Below are positions 36,708-49,540 of a DNA stretch of 64,000 bases, in pieces. This stretch comes from Raillietiella orientalis (taxonomy: Eukaryota): contig JAYWIR010000001.1 of assembly GCA_036172245.1 (NCBI GenBank), positions 310,001 to 374,000 on the forward strand. The letters run 5' to 3'. Below the pieces are notes generated by a model. The model did not search any database. It was not told the origin of the DNA and saw only the letters and a program-made list of their open reading frames with translations. Both the position numbers and the translations under genes were made by a program. The stretch's first letter is position 1; each line of letters opens with the position of its first letter.

Positions 36708-39700
36708 AGATCAGCTATCTATCTATCTATATAATCAAATGCTAACTATAATGCTGACCGAAATTATTATATGTATATCAAAGGTATAATAGTTTAGCCG
36801 AAATGATGAATATATATATATGTATATGTATTTATAATTTCGATGAGATCACACATATATATAACCTTTAACCGAAATTATATATATATATATATATAAC
36901 TATAAAGATTAATATACGGATTAATGCATATCCCATTAACCGATATACATATGACTATATGTACATAAAGAATACCGAGAAATGTGCCGACCTCAAGCAA
37001 GGAGGTTCTTTCGATGTGTGGAGCACTGCCGAGCAATCGATTATCTGTCGGGTATTCCAGATATAGGAGGCTCTTTTGCCTGCAGAAGGGTAATTCCGAA
37101 GTAAACCGCGCATCACCCCGCAGGGAAGATCCCTGGAAGCTGGGGATCGATCCGGTCGCGAGGTGGGGGCGGGGAGCGCGAACGGAAACCCGGGGGCGCC
37201 TTGTGAGGCGGAAGGAAGGAGGGACTTGGCTGCTCGGTTCCTTCTTGCGAGGCCCTCCTTCTTCATTCCGGGCAGGCAACAGGGCCGGGGTTCGAGCAGG
37301 GGATGGGGTCCGCTCCCCTCTCCTTCCCGGTCGTCCCCGGCACGCCTTCGGGGTGAGCGGGAGGCTAGGGAGCGGCGCAGATGGCAGTCCCGCCGGGCAT
37401 CGCACGGGGGGGGCGGAAGGCGCCGCGGCACGCGGCCGACACACCGCCGTTTCTCGTTCCCCTGCCGTCTTCGCTTTCCTGCACACGGGAAGAGTTGACG
37501 CGGACGGGACCTCGTTGTCTGCTGTTGTTGTTTCCCTCTCGTAAACAAAAGCTGACTTTGCAGCGCGGGAGACCACAAAAAAAAAAAGAAAAAGACTGCT
37601 CTGCGACGCTTCGATGCAGTTCTCGCGTTCCACCACCAACACCAACGAAAGGAAGCAAAGCAAACCCCTGTGACCAAGCCGGCAGGAGAGGAACGCCTGC
37701 GAGGCTTCCAGCCGGCGCTGCTCTTCGACTTCGACGACGGCGTCTCCCCCGCGCAACGAAACGCATCGCGGGCGTGAGGGGAGCCCCCACGTCTTCCGCC
37801 AGCCCGAGCGGAGCTTTCTCCACGGAAGGGAAGACGTTGCTGCCGCCCGCCGAGTCCACGAGGAGCATCCGAACCATTCCAGACCGTTCCCTGCAACGGC
37901 AGCTGGATCAGCAGGATCTCCCGAACCCGAGCGCAGCCCCATCCGGCGACCCCGATTCCGAGAGCGGCGTCCGGCTAGGATTCGACTCCCTCATACGCGG
38001 CCCACTTGGGACGGGCAGCGGCGGGGATCCCCGAGGGCGGCGGTAACTGTGGCTCGTCGACCTTCTTGGTGAGTGTCTCCTGGCCGTCCTGCTCGGTGTC
38101 CTCCCGCAGACGTCCTTGGCGATGGGATGTGCGCAGCAAGGGAGGCAGCAGACAGCAGCGCCACTGCTGCTGCAGCTCAAGGAGGCGGTTCTTCGCGTTC
38201 TCTCCCTCCTTCCTTTTCCCGTCGTTACCTTGGAAACAAGCTGAAGATCCACCCACTCTTTGTCATTTTCTAATGAATTTACCTTCTCCTGCTGCCCAAC
38301 TGGTCGGTGGAACCGCGAGCTTCCCACGCTCCCCTCTCCCCCCCCCCCCCTCCGAGACAGCAGAGGAACTCGCTTGAGAAAGCCGCAGTCCTGGCACCCA
38401 GGGGATCACTGGCGACAAGGCTGCGCCGCTGACTTTGCCTTTTGTTTTTCCCTTGCCCGAAGTACCGAGTACTCACTTATCAGATGGGAGAGAAGACACT
38501 TTCTTGCGGTTACTGGGAAACGAAGAATTCCGACCGCGAGAGGAACGTTGTTGACAAGCTTGGCACCTTGCAAATGGAATTCTTTCTTTTCCGGAAAGGA
38601 GAAGGGCAAAGAGGGATTTGCCGATCCGCAATAAATTCTCGGAAAGACTCGACACTGGCGCGAGAGAGGAACCCAAATGGATGTTTTCCAGCTCCACGTG
38701 GATTCCTCACGGACTCGACCGCGGCACGATCTTTTTTACAACTACGTATCGTTTTCCTCGGGTGCAACGGAAACGGGAATCCTGCACGCGGGGAGGAGGA
38801 TGACGCTCCGCAAGTGCCATCTGGCGGTGGGCGGCGAAAACACGAGCCAGAGGGATACGCTCCGGTTGTCAGGCGGCCCCAGCCACTACGGAATTCCACC
38901 TCCTCGAGGGGACGGGCCGGTGCGGAAGCGGAGAGAACAGAAGAAAAGATTTTCCATCTGACCGAGGGTTTGCCAAAATGGCGCGCGGCGGCCACAAACG
39001 CACCGAAAGCGCTCAGAGAATGATCATCTGCTTGCTGGAGGAGGAGACGTTCGAAAGGGGAGGGAGGCCGGCGAAGACCGCGAAAGCACGAGGCTCGCGA
39101 TGGCCGCAGAAGAGGGGATGTGATGGGAGGGACCGCACAGGAAACAAAAAGGCAGAAAATGAGACAAGAAGGAAGGGAACCTTCTTGTTCCCTTCCTCCC
39201 TTTGCTTTCTTTCCTTTTTTTGGAACAGGAATACATCCCTTCTTCCACCAGCACAGAAGCGTTCTTTATACACGCCAACACTCGTTCGACAGGTCTTCTG
39301 CACACCGAGCAGAGTCTCGAAGAGAAAACTGCAGCCCCTGCTTGACAGCTCGAACGCTGAAGAAAGCAACGCTCACCGGATGGTGGAATTCCACTCTCTG
39401 AATTATGAACAGTCCCTTGGTGAGAGCAATTTCCCAAGGCCTTCCATAACCGTGCAGAATGGAACCCGTGTTCCCATGGTGTGGACATTTTGAATTTCTG
39501 CATGTGTCCGGAAGCTCTGGAGTGGGCGCGCCCGGTTGTGATACGCAGCAGGCAACCAGAGTGCCCCCCCTGCAAACTTCATACCCTTCAAGGATACCTT
39601 TCTTGGGCTGTTTTCACCTTCTCTTATCGTATGTGCGGTGTTTGCGTTATGAAAGCCATGGGCTGCACCACAGCCAGCATCCGCGACACTCCTCAAGCAA

Positions 39701-41225
39701 CCACGCCACATGACTGCCGTGTCTTAATTGGCACCTTGTTCTCCCGCTCGTCTTTTCCCGAGGCCGCTGTCCAGTTGCTCGAGGAAACGACCACCGGAGC
39801 TCAGCGAACAAGAGATGTCCTCTTTAGCCGGAAAGCATCGGCTCCTCGGTGTCGCCTGCACGGTAACCGAATCCTCTCCTAAGAACTACTTCCGAACGGG
39901 CAATCTGTGATCTTCCAATCGCGTTCGCGGGCTCCGCAATAAACGCCGAATATGCCCTGCGACGTCTTAAGTCATCTCGCCGGGAATCGCCAATAACCCA
40001 CAGGCCAACAGGTCTCCACGCCGATACTCCTACACGAACCTAAGAACCTGGGAAGATTATGCAGTCCTGAGAGAGTCCTTTTACTGCCGACTAAGATCGG
40101 AACGCAAGGAAGAATCGGGGGGCCATTTCTGACCGAGGAAGGAATCGTTCATTCGCGGCCCATCGACGGGCGCTGGGAACTTCTTTGTCTTGCAAAGACT
40201 CGAAAGGTGAGCCTATAAAAAGCGCCAAGAAAAGGCCGGAAGACGGAATGGGCCGCGAGTGCGACAAACAGCGCACACACACACACACACAACACAAGCT
40301 GAAGGTTGAGTACGGAATGGTGACCCCAGCACACGTGAAAATGGCCGCCGGCGCACTGGAACGAAGAACGCGAGCATTCCATGCGTGGGGTACATTGAAG
40401 GGGGGAGGGAGGCAAAAAAAAAAAAAAAAAAAACACGCGCGTGCGGCCACTCGCTTTTGAAAAACAAGGACAAGGAAGGGGGCGACTAACTGCACCCCCA
40501 GGCGCACGGCGCCAATTTGCAGCGCTTGTTCCGGCGTGCACACGCAACCCGTTTGCGGCAGCAGGTGTACGGATGCAAGTACAAAAACAAAAAGGCAGGA
40601 AACGTTCCTGAGAAGTCGACACACAGAGAAGGAAATGATCAGCACGAGGGGTGGGTGGGGGGTGGACGCAGATTTCCGGTTATGCCACCAACATGCGCAG
40701 TTTCGCGCCACGCCAGGTCTTCCTGTACCACACCAGAGCACACCAGCGAAAGGAAGCAAAGCAAACCCTGTGAAAGAACACACCGACGATACGAATTCCT
40801 CGCGTCCTTCTCGAGATTCCGCAGGGGGTGGGCGGTGGGGGGCGGGGAGAAAAAGCCCCACTGGCGCTGGGAAGACCTCGAGCAGAAAAGCGAAATGCAT
40901 TTTCCGCATAGCCGGTGCACCCCGGCGTGCTTTGTTTTCCTCGTGACCGTCAGTCCCACCGCGGAGAACGCGGAAAGATCTGCGACTCCCTCGTACAGAA
41001 ATTCCTCGCCTCGAAGGGAGGAACTTTCAGGAAGGGTAAAAATCCTCGACAGATGCCGGAGCTGATAAAAGACTGACGTGTCCCGACAGAGACGAAACAG
41101 TCCGGCGAGGTCAAGCCGTCGTGCAGTGACCGTCATCGGGAAAAGTCGTCTTCTACGGAAGCTAACGGACGCTTCGCTGATGGAAAGAAAGGAAAAAAAT
41201 AAAATAAATAACAAACATCTGGCCT

Positions 41226-41231
41226 TTTATT
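41226..41231 (-). terminator. Probable INPP1 polyadenylation signal
   Basis: AATAAA on - strand about 225 nt after the stop codon, followed by a GT/T-rich downstream element. Confidence 0.55.
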
Positions 41232-41454
41232 GCACATCATTACAAAAAGTAATATATAAAATACGGAGACGAGAAAGGGGCTAATTGAAGGTGTGACATT
41301 TATCTTCTACGTCGCTTTTTTTTTTTTTTTTTTTACTACAAGTCTTTTTTTGGAGAATGCGAAACTACGGCCAAACACGCCTCTTCCCAGTGGGAAAATC
41401 CTCCATTCCACATCCATTAAGAGTAATGACACATCCGTCTGTATGGAAACCGCC

Positions 41455-41790
41455 TCATTTCCTGGATTTGAAATTCTTCAAGCAATTAACAACTTTTAAC
41501 AAGACGGCCGGATCGGCAAACGCAATGATGCCACCTTCATTGCGCAAATGCATTTCCTGCTTGGTGTAATACCGCAGGCTCAACGGGCGACGGTCATCGA
41601 ATTGTGGACGTGCGTTGCTGCTGTCAACGGTCGCCGTGAAATCGAGTATGTCTCCACCTATGCTCTTGAGCACCGCCTGAGGAGCGCAAGTGTCCCAGCA
41701 GAAGGTGGACGCCTTGGACAGCAAGTAAACGTCGGCAATCCCAAGCAGGACTGCCAGGGTCTTGTAGCCAGCCCCAGGCGCGACGAGGAC
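41455..41790 (-). CDS. INPP1: INPP1 last coding exon
   Basis: Encodes VLVAPGAGYKTLAVLLGIADVYLLSKASTFCWDTCAPQAVLKSIGG...NEGGIIAF...* (GAGYK and WD motifs). The spliced CDS totals 1137 nt. Confidence 0.95.
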   Translation of the reverse strand, partial: VLVAPGAGYKTLAVLLGIADVYLLSKASTFCWDTCAPQAVLKSIGGDILDFTATVDSSNARPQFDDRRPLSLRYYTKQEMHLRNEGGIIAFADPAVLLKVVNCLKNFKSRK

Positions 41791-43239
41791 CTACGAATTC
41801 GACAGAAACAAAACACACGAAAACCACTTGCGGGAGCGTTACAGTGCAAAAAAAAACGAAAAACACAGCAGCGAGTGGACATCGGACAAGGATGATCGCA
41901 TTTCCTCTGAACAAACACACAAACCTTGAAGCTAGAATACGTGTACATCCACGAGTCCGTCGTCAAGGTTACCCACCAGTCCTACCCGTGTCCCCCACTG
42001 CTTGCAGGCGCACCCGACGCCAGAAGTGACTTCCTCGCAGCTCGAAATTCATGCCCGGATTTCCCAATGCTGCCGGCAGATCGACCACTGGTCGGTTATT
42101 AAAATGTCACAAAAACACCGGTGTGTGTGTGTGTGTGACACGTTGAGGGGCGCTCGAAACACGCAAGCGCGCGCGCGCACACGCGATGTGGACCGCGCGT
42201 TCCTCGCTGTGGCCAACTGGGGAGACGGGGAGCCCTTCTGGGGACGAGGGGCGAACGAATCTTCGCGCCGCCGGTGTTGTCCACTTTCGATCCATTTCTG
42301 ATTTGTGGATTCCGCCTGGAAATCGGTCTTCCCCGTTCTCTTCACTCTGCACCCGACAGTTACTCCAACTGCCCGGCGCTTTCTTTTGCCGGTTCTTGAC
42401 CTGCCGCTACCTACTCCCAGTGCAAGGGAATTCGTCTGTCCTGCGAACTGACCCGGATGACACGAACGGATTCCTCCCCACGGGCGCCTTTCCCAGGGAC
42501 AGGGAGATTGCGCGCGCGCGCACGCCCGCGGATGGCTGCCAGCCGCCTGCACGCACACACAGAGGGGGGGTCCTTTCGTTTCTCGTTAACCACCAAATCA
42601 TGGCGACGGCGAACACCACGTGGCACGCTTCTCGCGCAAGTCGTACGAGACCGAGGCGTCACGCGGGGGGTCTCCGAGCAGCCAGCAAAGTTCCGACTCT
42701 ACGTCGCTCGCTCTCATGGAAACACGGACGAGCCCGCGACGGGCCTCGCCTGAAACAAGCCAAGCCCAGAAAAAAAAAAAGCCCCAATCACGAACACTTA
42801 AAGAGACTCGAGAACACCTCAGCGTTCCCCTCGTCAGGGAATTGAAAAAACACACACACACACAAAGTCACGATCTAACGACACGTGGCTCCATTCTGGC
42901 TGCTCCCTTCCAACGAATCCAGATCCCTCCCCCCCCCCTCAAAAATACACTTCACGTGTTCGTCGGTTTCCATAAATTTAGCTTCCTGGGAATCGCGAAA
43001 CTTGATTGCTTCCACGTGTTTCTCGGAGATTGGGACCGCACTCGGTTCCCTCCCGCGCACGCGCAACCCTTCGCGAGGCCTCGCCGGTCAGCTTTTCCTC
43101 CACACTCGGTCGCTTCTGCAGCGACCCGTGGTGGACCGCGCAGGGGAAAACCTGACCGACGAAGACACGGACTTTCCTATTTGCTTTTGAGACTGATTCC
43201 GCATCTCTAGACACGAAGAGCCTCCACAAACAGCTGTTT

Positions 43240-43770
43240 GTTTCTCAACCACTTGCACGAGCTACTGGGAATTCCAGTGGAAGATCAGCAGTGGCCCTTG
43301 GCGCTTTCGGATAGACAGACCCTTCCACTGAAGTGGGAACAGTCGGCGCTGATGCTGTTGCACTGGGGCTTCCCGTGCAACGCCCTCCGGCATCACTGGA
43401 CACGGTATGTGGACCCTAACTGGGTCAGGTGCGGGGAGCGTGAATCCCTCCCGCACCTGCTTGTGGATTGCGTCGCCCTCTCCGGCCCAGCTGGGAACGC
43501 TTCGCCGCAAGCCTTGGAACTCCAGGGACGCTTTTACGACCCCTTCCCCTACGCGACGCACTTCGGCCGGCAGCGTAGCTCGCAGCTCTCTGCTGCCTGG
43601 AGCGACGCAATAAGAAGACCGAGCGACAGGGATGGCACACATCCACTCCACCGTCGGATCCATCAAGACGGCAACGAGATGGCCCCATCTGGACAGCCAT
43701 ATCCTGCAAGACCTTGCCGGAATCCTCCCAAGGACGCAGAGGACCGCCCCCAGCTACTGTCTTCTAACCT
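43240..43770 (+). mobile_element. LINE ORF2 C-terminal fragment, same family
   Basis: Encodes RHHWTRYVDPNWVRCGERESLPHLLVDCVAL and RWPHLD...LAGIL, nearly identical in protein to the 17.9 kb copy. Lies in INPP1 intron 5. Confidence 0.8.
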
Positions 43771-44170
43771 TTTTTTTTTGGTTCTCGAGGCGTGTTGAAG
43801 AACCGTCCGCCTTCTTACGGGGCGCTCACGAAGCTCTTTATTAGACACCGTCCACGCCGACAGAGGGTGGTCTCCAAGTTAGGGGGTGACTCCGTGACCC
43901 CGTAGGGGACTCATCCTGTGGGCCCAGGAAGGCTCCAGAGGAAGGAGTGCGTTCGTTCCTCTGATACGCTTGGGAGCTGCGCGCTTCTGACACTCGGAGG
44001 AGCTCCCCCGAGGCTAGGGGCATCAATCAGCTCCATGGAACGACGCGATGGAGGGTCCCCCCTCTCGAGGAGGGAGGGGGAGGGAAGAACCCATTTTCAC
44101 AATCGGGAGGGAATCGGCGCTCACGGATTCCTGGGAGGACCTCAGAGGGTGGACTTCCAAATCCCGTATA
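43770..44170 (-). mobile_element. Dispersed repeat copy D
   Basis: The tttttttggttctc, gctcacgaagctctt and gtccacgcc blocks are shared with copy E. Confidence 0.7.
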
Positions 44171-45050
44171 GTCAACGGGGCATCCAGCTTCCATTAGGGT
44201 AGCAGCAGCGTCATCCTGCGGGGAGGACTCCAACCCCGTTCTCGGCGTAGAACCTTCCCCGGGAGGGACTCGGAAGTCACGACTCCCGGTGCCACGAGCG
44301 GAGGCAGCAGCCACACGGCCACCTATGCGGGCCAATGGATGACGCACAACAGAATGGGATTCAGGTTTCACGTCAGAGTTCCAGTACCATCACGTGACTC
44401 TAATAACGGATGGGTGAACGTCTAATAACGGACACAAGTTTCGTAGGCACCTTCATTTCCTTCGTGAGGAACTCACTACCAGGGAGCCATAAGCTCCTGA
44501 GAATTCTGCACACGAGAAAGCACTCGTTTTCTCGATTCGAGACCGGTACGAATTCCTCCTAATTAACAATTCTCTGCTAAGGTCAACGTCTCCGAAATGC
44601 ACGCGACCCAAAGACAAGTCAGGTGCATCCAGACCGGTTCGGATTCAAAAGATTCCCGTTGGCAACGCAACACCTCTGACAAGGACTTCAACAAAATAAG
44701 AAAACCAATAACGAGTCAAGCGGGAAAAATTACAAATGTAAGGAGGCTTCTGATACGCTCACACACGGAACACCAAAAAATCCACAAAACCCCTTGAGGA
44801 CACCAAGAAAAACTCTTGTGCGTTTTTTTTTTTTTTTTATCGTCTTCGAAAGAGGAACTGGAATCCAACAACGCACAGGAGGGGTTCCGTACTTATCTGT
44901 ACATCCGACACGCATGTCGCGTCAATCTGAATCGACAAAATCACCGAATGTGAACAAAGAAAACAACAGGGACGCTCATTTGAGACTGTACAATTCAACG
45001 CTCAGCATTTGGAAGAACGAATGACAAAAAAAAGTATGAAGAAATCTTAC

Positions 45051-45201
45051 ATCAAATTCCACATCCAAGCACCGTCTGATTTCTGGCGATTCATTCTCAC
45101 TGATTATTACAATAGAACGCTCCCTTTCTATCAATGGTGGCTTGATGGACGACGCGCTCGTCTGACCATACTTCACTCCCCACCAGCATTGACTTTTCCA
45201 A
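45051..45201 (-). CDS. INPP1: INPP1 exon 5
   Basis: ttacag acceptor, GTAAGA donor. Encodes (C)WKSQCWWGVKY...VIISENESPEIRRCL. Confidence 0.9.
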
Positions 45202-45268
45202 CTGTAAATAAGAAAAGAATTTCAGCAGGATTACGAAAAAGAAAATTATTCTCAAAAAACATACACTC

Positions 45269-45271
<3 letters not shown>

Positions 45272-45327
<56 letters not shown>
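45272..45327 (+). repeat. (TC)n(AC)n compound microsatellite
   Basis: Seen directly, about 70 nt from the INPP1 exon 5 acceptor. Confidence 0.95.
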
Positions 45328-45942
45328 TGCGTATCTCTTCACAAGAATGTACAGAATTTCAAGAAGCATTCTTTGCAAGAAGTTCACATGCTGAATCTCT
45401 TTTGGAAAAACGCTGAAAAAAGACACCCGAATCCCTAAATTAAACAAACCCGCACGAAAGCAAGCAGTCAGGAGAAATAGACGAAGGAATGCCTTCCACA
45501 GATGGAAACGATTCGGCTGACTTCGCGTTTCTGGGGGAAGAAACACGGACTTAATGAAAGCGAGAAATCGGCACCGTTCAACAAAAAAAGGAAGGAAATA
45601 TTCCATGAGCTGCGATCTGCGATCGATTCCTCTTGCAGATGGCAGCCCCATTCTGAACGAGAGGCTTTGAAATTCTCCCGGCAACGCGTCTGCGAAATCC
45701 AAGGCACCACCACCAGCGCGCCCAGTCTCGTCCCACCCCGGGGCAAAGAGCACTGAAGGCGAAGAGCTGCGCCCTACAAGAGGTGCACTGCTTGTAGGAC
45801 GCCCCAAGGGAAGGTCGCACACGCAGTTTCGTTCATGAATTTGGCCAGGGCAGCAGCTAGCAAGTTCATCGGTCGGAAAATTAATGACTTCATGAAGGTT
45901 CGCTTCGCGGAAAATTAATGACTGTCATGAAAGTTCGCTTAA

Positions 45943-46445
45943 CCCTTCGAGTGGTATGGGCGCATCTATGCGCCTGGCGAATGCTTTCACCTTGTTCTCG
46001 CGACACAAGTTAACACTACCCGTGTTTGACTTGCTTTCCTTATGATTACCTTGGCAACGACAGTAAACAAAATTCTATTTCTATCGGCTAACTATTGTCA
46101 GTTTTTCATTCCCGGCTTTATTGATTTTTGAAAAACCGAGAACAGCATAATGTTACAGTTGTGTCGTGAGTAATTTATTTTATTGTACCATATCCAAATG
46201 AATTATTGACTTTATTGGAATTGTAATTTGTAAACAAATAATAGATGTTTGGGAAAAATGAAGATGTTTTATTTAATGTGGTGTAAATAAACAATTACAA
46301 TAGTAACATGAATCGGCATGTTATGTAGTCAACCGGTTCCTCGATGGAGCGCGCGAAAGGGCAGTCCGTCCACAGAGGTGGCCACTGCGACTCGCGTGCC
46401 ATCAACACGGAATCTTTCAATCTGATGAGCTCCGCACCCAAAGAG
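45943..46445. mobile_element. piggyBac-like non-autonomous element (MITE)
   Basis: TTAA on both sides (45939-45942 and 46446-46449). Imperfect TIRs CCCTTCGAGTGG vs CTCTTTGGGTGC, a subterminal GGCGCAT-CT-ATGCGCC palindrome and an AT-rich interior. Confidence 0.65.
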
Positions 46446-46619
46446 TTAAAGACGCTTTTTTTCTATGTGCTTTGTACTTATCGAGAGCCTTACTCAGGGA
46501 GCAACGACATTGGAAAAATGTTCGCAGAAACTACGTAGACAAACGAAAATGCGATTTCTTTTTTTAAAGGCCGACCTCACAGAAAGATCGTTGTTATCGA
46601 CCTAGGATGGTGAAGACCC

Positions 46620-47000
46620 ATTGGGGTTCTCCTGTTTCCGTTGCTTTCCTGCCAGCTTTTTTTTTTTGGTTCTCAAGGAATGCTGAAGAACAGTTCGTCT
46701 CCTTACGGGAGGCTCACGAAGCTCTTCAACACTGTCCACGCCACCCGAGAGTAAATCTTAAAGTTGGAGGGGGGAGGGGGGGGGAATCCGGGGGAAGGAA
46801 AGTCCTTTCCTCTCTTACGCTTGGGAGGGGAACCCTAAAGGAAGCCCCCGCCCTGGTTGTCGCCGGACAGAATCCGCAAGGGAGCAGCGGCTTCTGACCC
46901 TCTGCAAAGGTGACCCCACGAGGGGGGTACCAACCAGCTCCATGGGATGCGGAGGGAGGTCCCCCTCGAGCGGGGGTGGGGGTGGACGGTCCCATTTTCA
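46620..47000 (-). mobile_element. Dispersed repeat copy E
   Basis: Clear nucleotide homology to copies A, C and D. Confidence 0.7.
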
Positions 47001-49362
47001 TACTCGGAAGGAAACCTCGAAGTGCTGAAGATCTTTAAGCACCGTCCATGCCTTTCGCGAACAGATACTACTCTGTACACATACAAATGTACATGCAAAT
47101 CGTAACATGTTTTTTAGAGTGATGCATGAAAATTTTGCGCCAGCCCTTTGAGTAATGCACTATTCACAACCATGCTAGTTGAATGATGAGTAGTCACCGA
47201 AAGCTGCATCACATGAGAACCTTGGACCAAAAATCTGAGAATCAAAACTTTGGCGAGAACAGGGAAGAAAAGGAGCTGATCCGACGAAAAGCAGCGTTTG
47301 GCATCCAAGGACAAAATTAAGAATTGCCACCATTTCTTTTCAAATGCAGAGTCAACGTGCAGCTGGTGAAATAAATTCAAGATTCAAACTGAATGTCGCC
47401 CTTCGCACAAAGTGGCTTTCATTTTTGATTTTGTTATGGAAGTGTTGCACACACACCTTTTTAATGAATGATACGTGGATATGGCCAATTAAAAAAACAA
47501 AAACAAAACACGCCAGAGCACAAACTGATTCATTATAATGCGATACGAATACCAAATGCAGATACCAAATTCCAAAGACCTCAAAGAAGTCTTATTCAAA
47601 GCGAATCACGGCAGTCGGCAAAAAACTAAGTTGATTACGAGTGAAATAATTCAGAGCCAAAGAATTCCGTCGGTAGGAGGTAGAACTTGAAAACCTCAAC
47701 AGCACATGGAAGAGAACACCCCAGAAAAGTGGCGTACATCTTACTCATTGAAAAAAAAGAGATACGTTTCAAAGACGTCATGATTTCCACTTCCTATTTA
47801 TGATCCAGTAAGCAGAGTTTATAAAGAGATTACTGCTTCCTTTAACCATGTAATCTTTCACGACAAATACAAATGCTGCTGCCCATATTCTTTCTATAGC
47901 ACCGAAGGCCACCCAATGCACTTTCACCATCTGGTTCCAACACCGAATCCCTCAAGACTCAAGAAGTGCATCAGTTCAATCAGCTCAAACAATACATGAA
48001 TCCCTTGATCTCAAAGAAAATTAAACGTGAATTTTTAAAATTCTGATCTGGAAGTGGAAAAGAAGTTAATATACAGAGAAAGTACGGGATACAAACAACA
48101 TTAGATACCATCTAAATGTTCCTTGACCACTATCTTTTTATGACGGGTGGCAAATCGAGCCAAAGAGTTAATTAATTTCCCAAGCTGCTCAACGCCTGAA
48201 GTCCAGCAGTCAAGCAAGCAGGGTCAATACAATTACTCATTGGGAGTAGGTTTGGGAAACTGAGGTAGCCAAAAATCTCAACCCAAGTCCATGCGCTGCA
48301 CGCGTTCAAAGAACCAAAGAAAACAAAATAAAAAATTCATCACTGATCTCTCGATATTTATCTTTCAAAGAAACAACAGTAAATAAATAACCAAAAGCCT
48401 GTAATGGAAGAAGCACTGGATAAGAGTGCATCATGCCCACAAAACGAGAAGTCATCACCTGCCCTGAGTGACTCACCAAAATCACGTTACCCGGAAGCTA
48501 GAGAGGACAATGATTTTCCGACAAACTGATTTCCTTGTGATGATTTTCTAATTTTCGGACCAGCTTGTTCATGCGACCCTGCCCCGCAACGAAACTTCCA
48601 CGCAGTGGAGGGCCGGCGCCACCAGTCGCTCACGAAGATCGACCGCTTCCGCATCGCAGAGCCGCAGTGGAGGATCATCCACGTACGCCACGATAGGTTT
48701 AATTTATGCGCGCAAGATGGATGCCGGCAGACATCCCGTCGAGTGGCATTCTGCCTTTGCTTTTGGGAAGTTTGCCGGACAAAGCCCCTTTGAACCCTCC
48801 CCCCCCCCAAACAAAAAAAAAAAAAACACATGGGAAGAAAATCTCAAAGAAGTGCAACACATCCTGAATCCTATTTACGTCCGACTGGCACAACTCTGCT
48901 GGCACTTCATCCACCTACTGAATGAGAAGAACCCGGATCGTACCAACTGAGCCTTTTGCACATCAAATTCTACTTGAAAAAGAACACACACACAAAACGC
49001 GCGGGACACGAAACTTTCCAATAGGATGCAAAGCACCTGCACACAGCCACCACCACCAAAAAACACCTCCCCCCCCCTCTCTCTCTCTCCCGAAGACCAC
49101 ACCAAGCAACACCACAAAAGTGACGTGGGCACGGTGATTCCGCTCTCTACGAAACCAATCAACTTGAAGCAAAGAGAAAACTGCCGAAAACGTCATTTCG
49201 TTTCTTCTTCGAAGAAAAATTTTCTTTCGGTTAATACTCAGCAGACAAAGGGTCACTTTTAAAAACGAGGGGATTTGAATGTAATTTCCCGCGACACTTT
49301 CCCATCTTTTATGCAACTGAAAACTCAACACAAAATGCACATTACTTTCGGATTCCTCATAC

Positions 49363-49540
49363 CAGTTTGCGTGGAGATCGAATTTGCTGAATGGTTGGTT
49401 TATAACTCCAATAACTGGAAGATGCGTACTTTTCTGGAAAACTCCTATTAACACTGTAACATACTGCAATCTCCCAGAGTGCTCATTCTCATCTTCCGAT
49501 ACACTTGATGCCTCACTTTCAATATATTCTGCAGTGCCAT
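49363..49540 (-). CDS. INPP1: INPP1 exon 4
   Basis: Completes the DPLDGT core motif. Encodes ...LQYVTVLIGVF...PVIGVINQPF. Confidence 0.94.

Noticed and set aside
40089-40105. Possible third U2 fragment (CTAAGATCGG)
   Set aside because: The match of about 8-10 nt is not distinguishable from chance.
46422-46450. CTGATGA-stem motif suggesting a hammerhead ribozyme
   Set aside because: The stem is followed by TAAA rather than the required GAAA, and it overlaps the MITE terminus. No stems I or III were found.
48963-49362. Continuation of the 194-aa ORF past INPP1 exon 4
   Set aside because: Similarity to INPP1 stops at the GT donor at 49362. The true next exon is 45051-45201.
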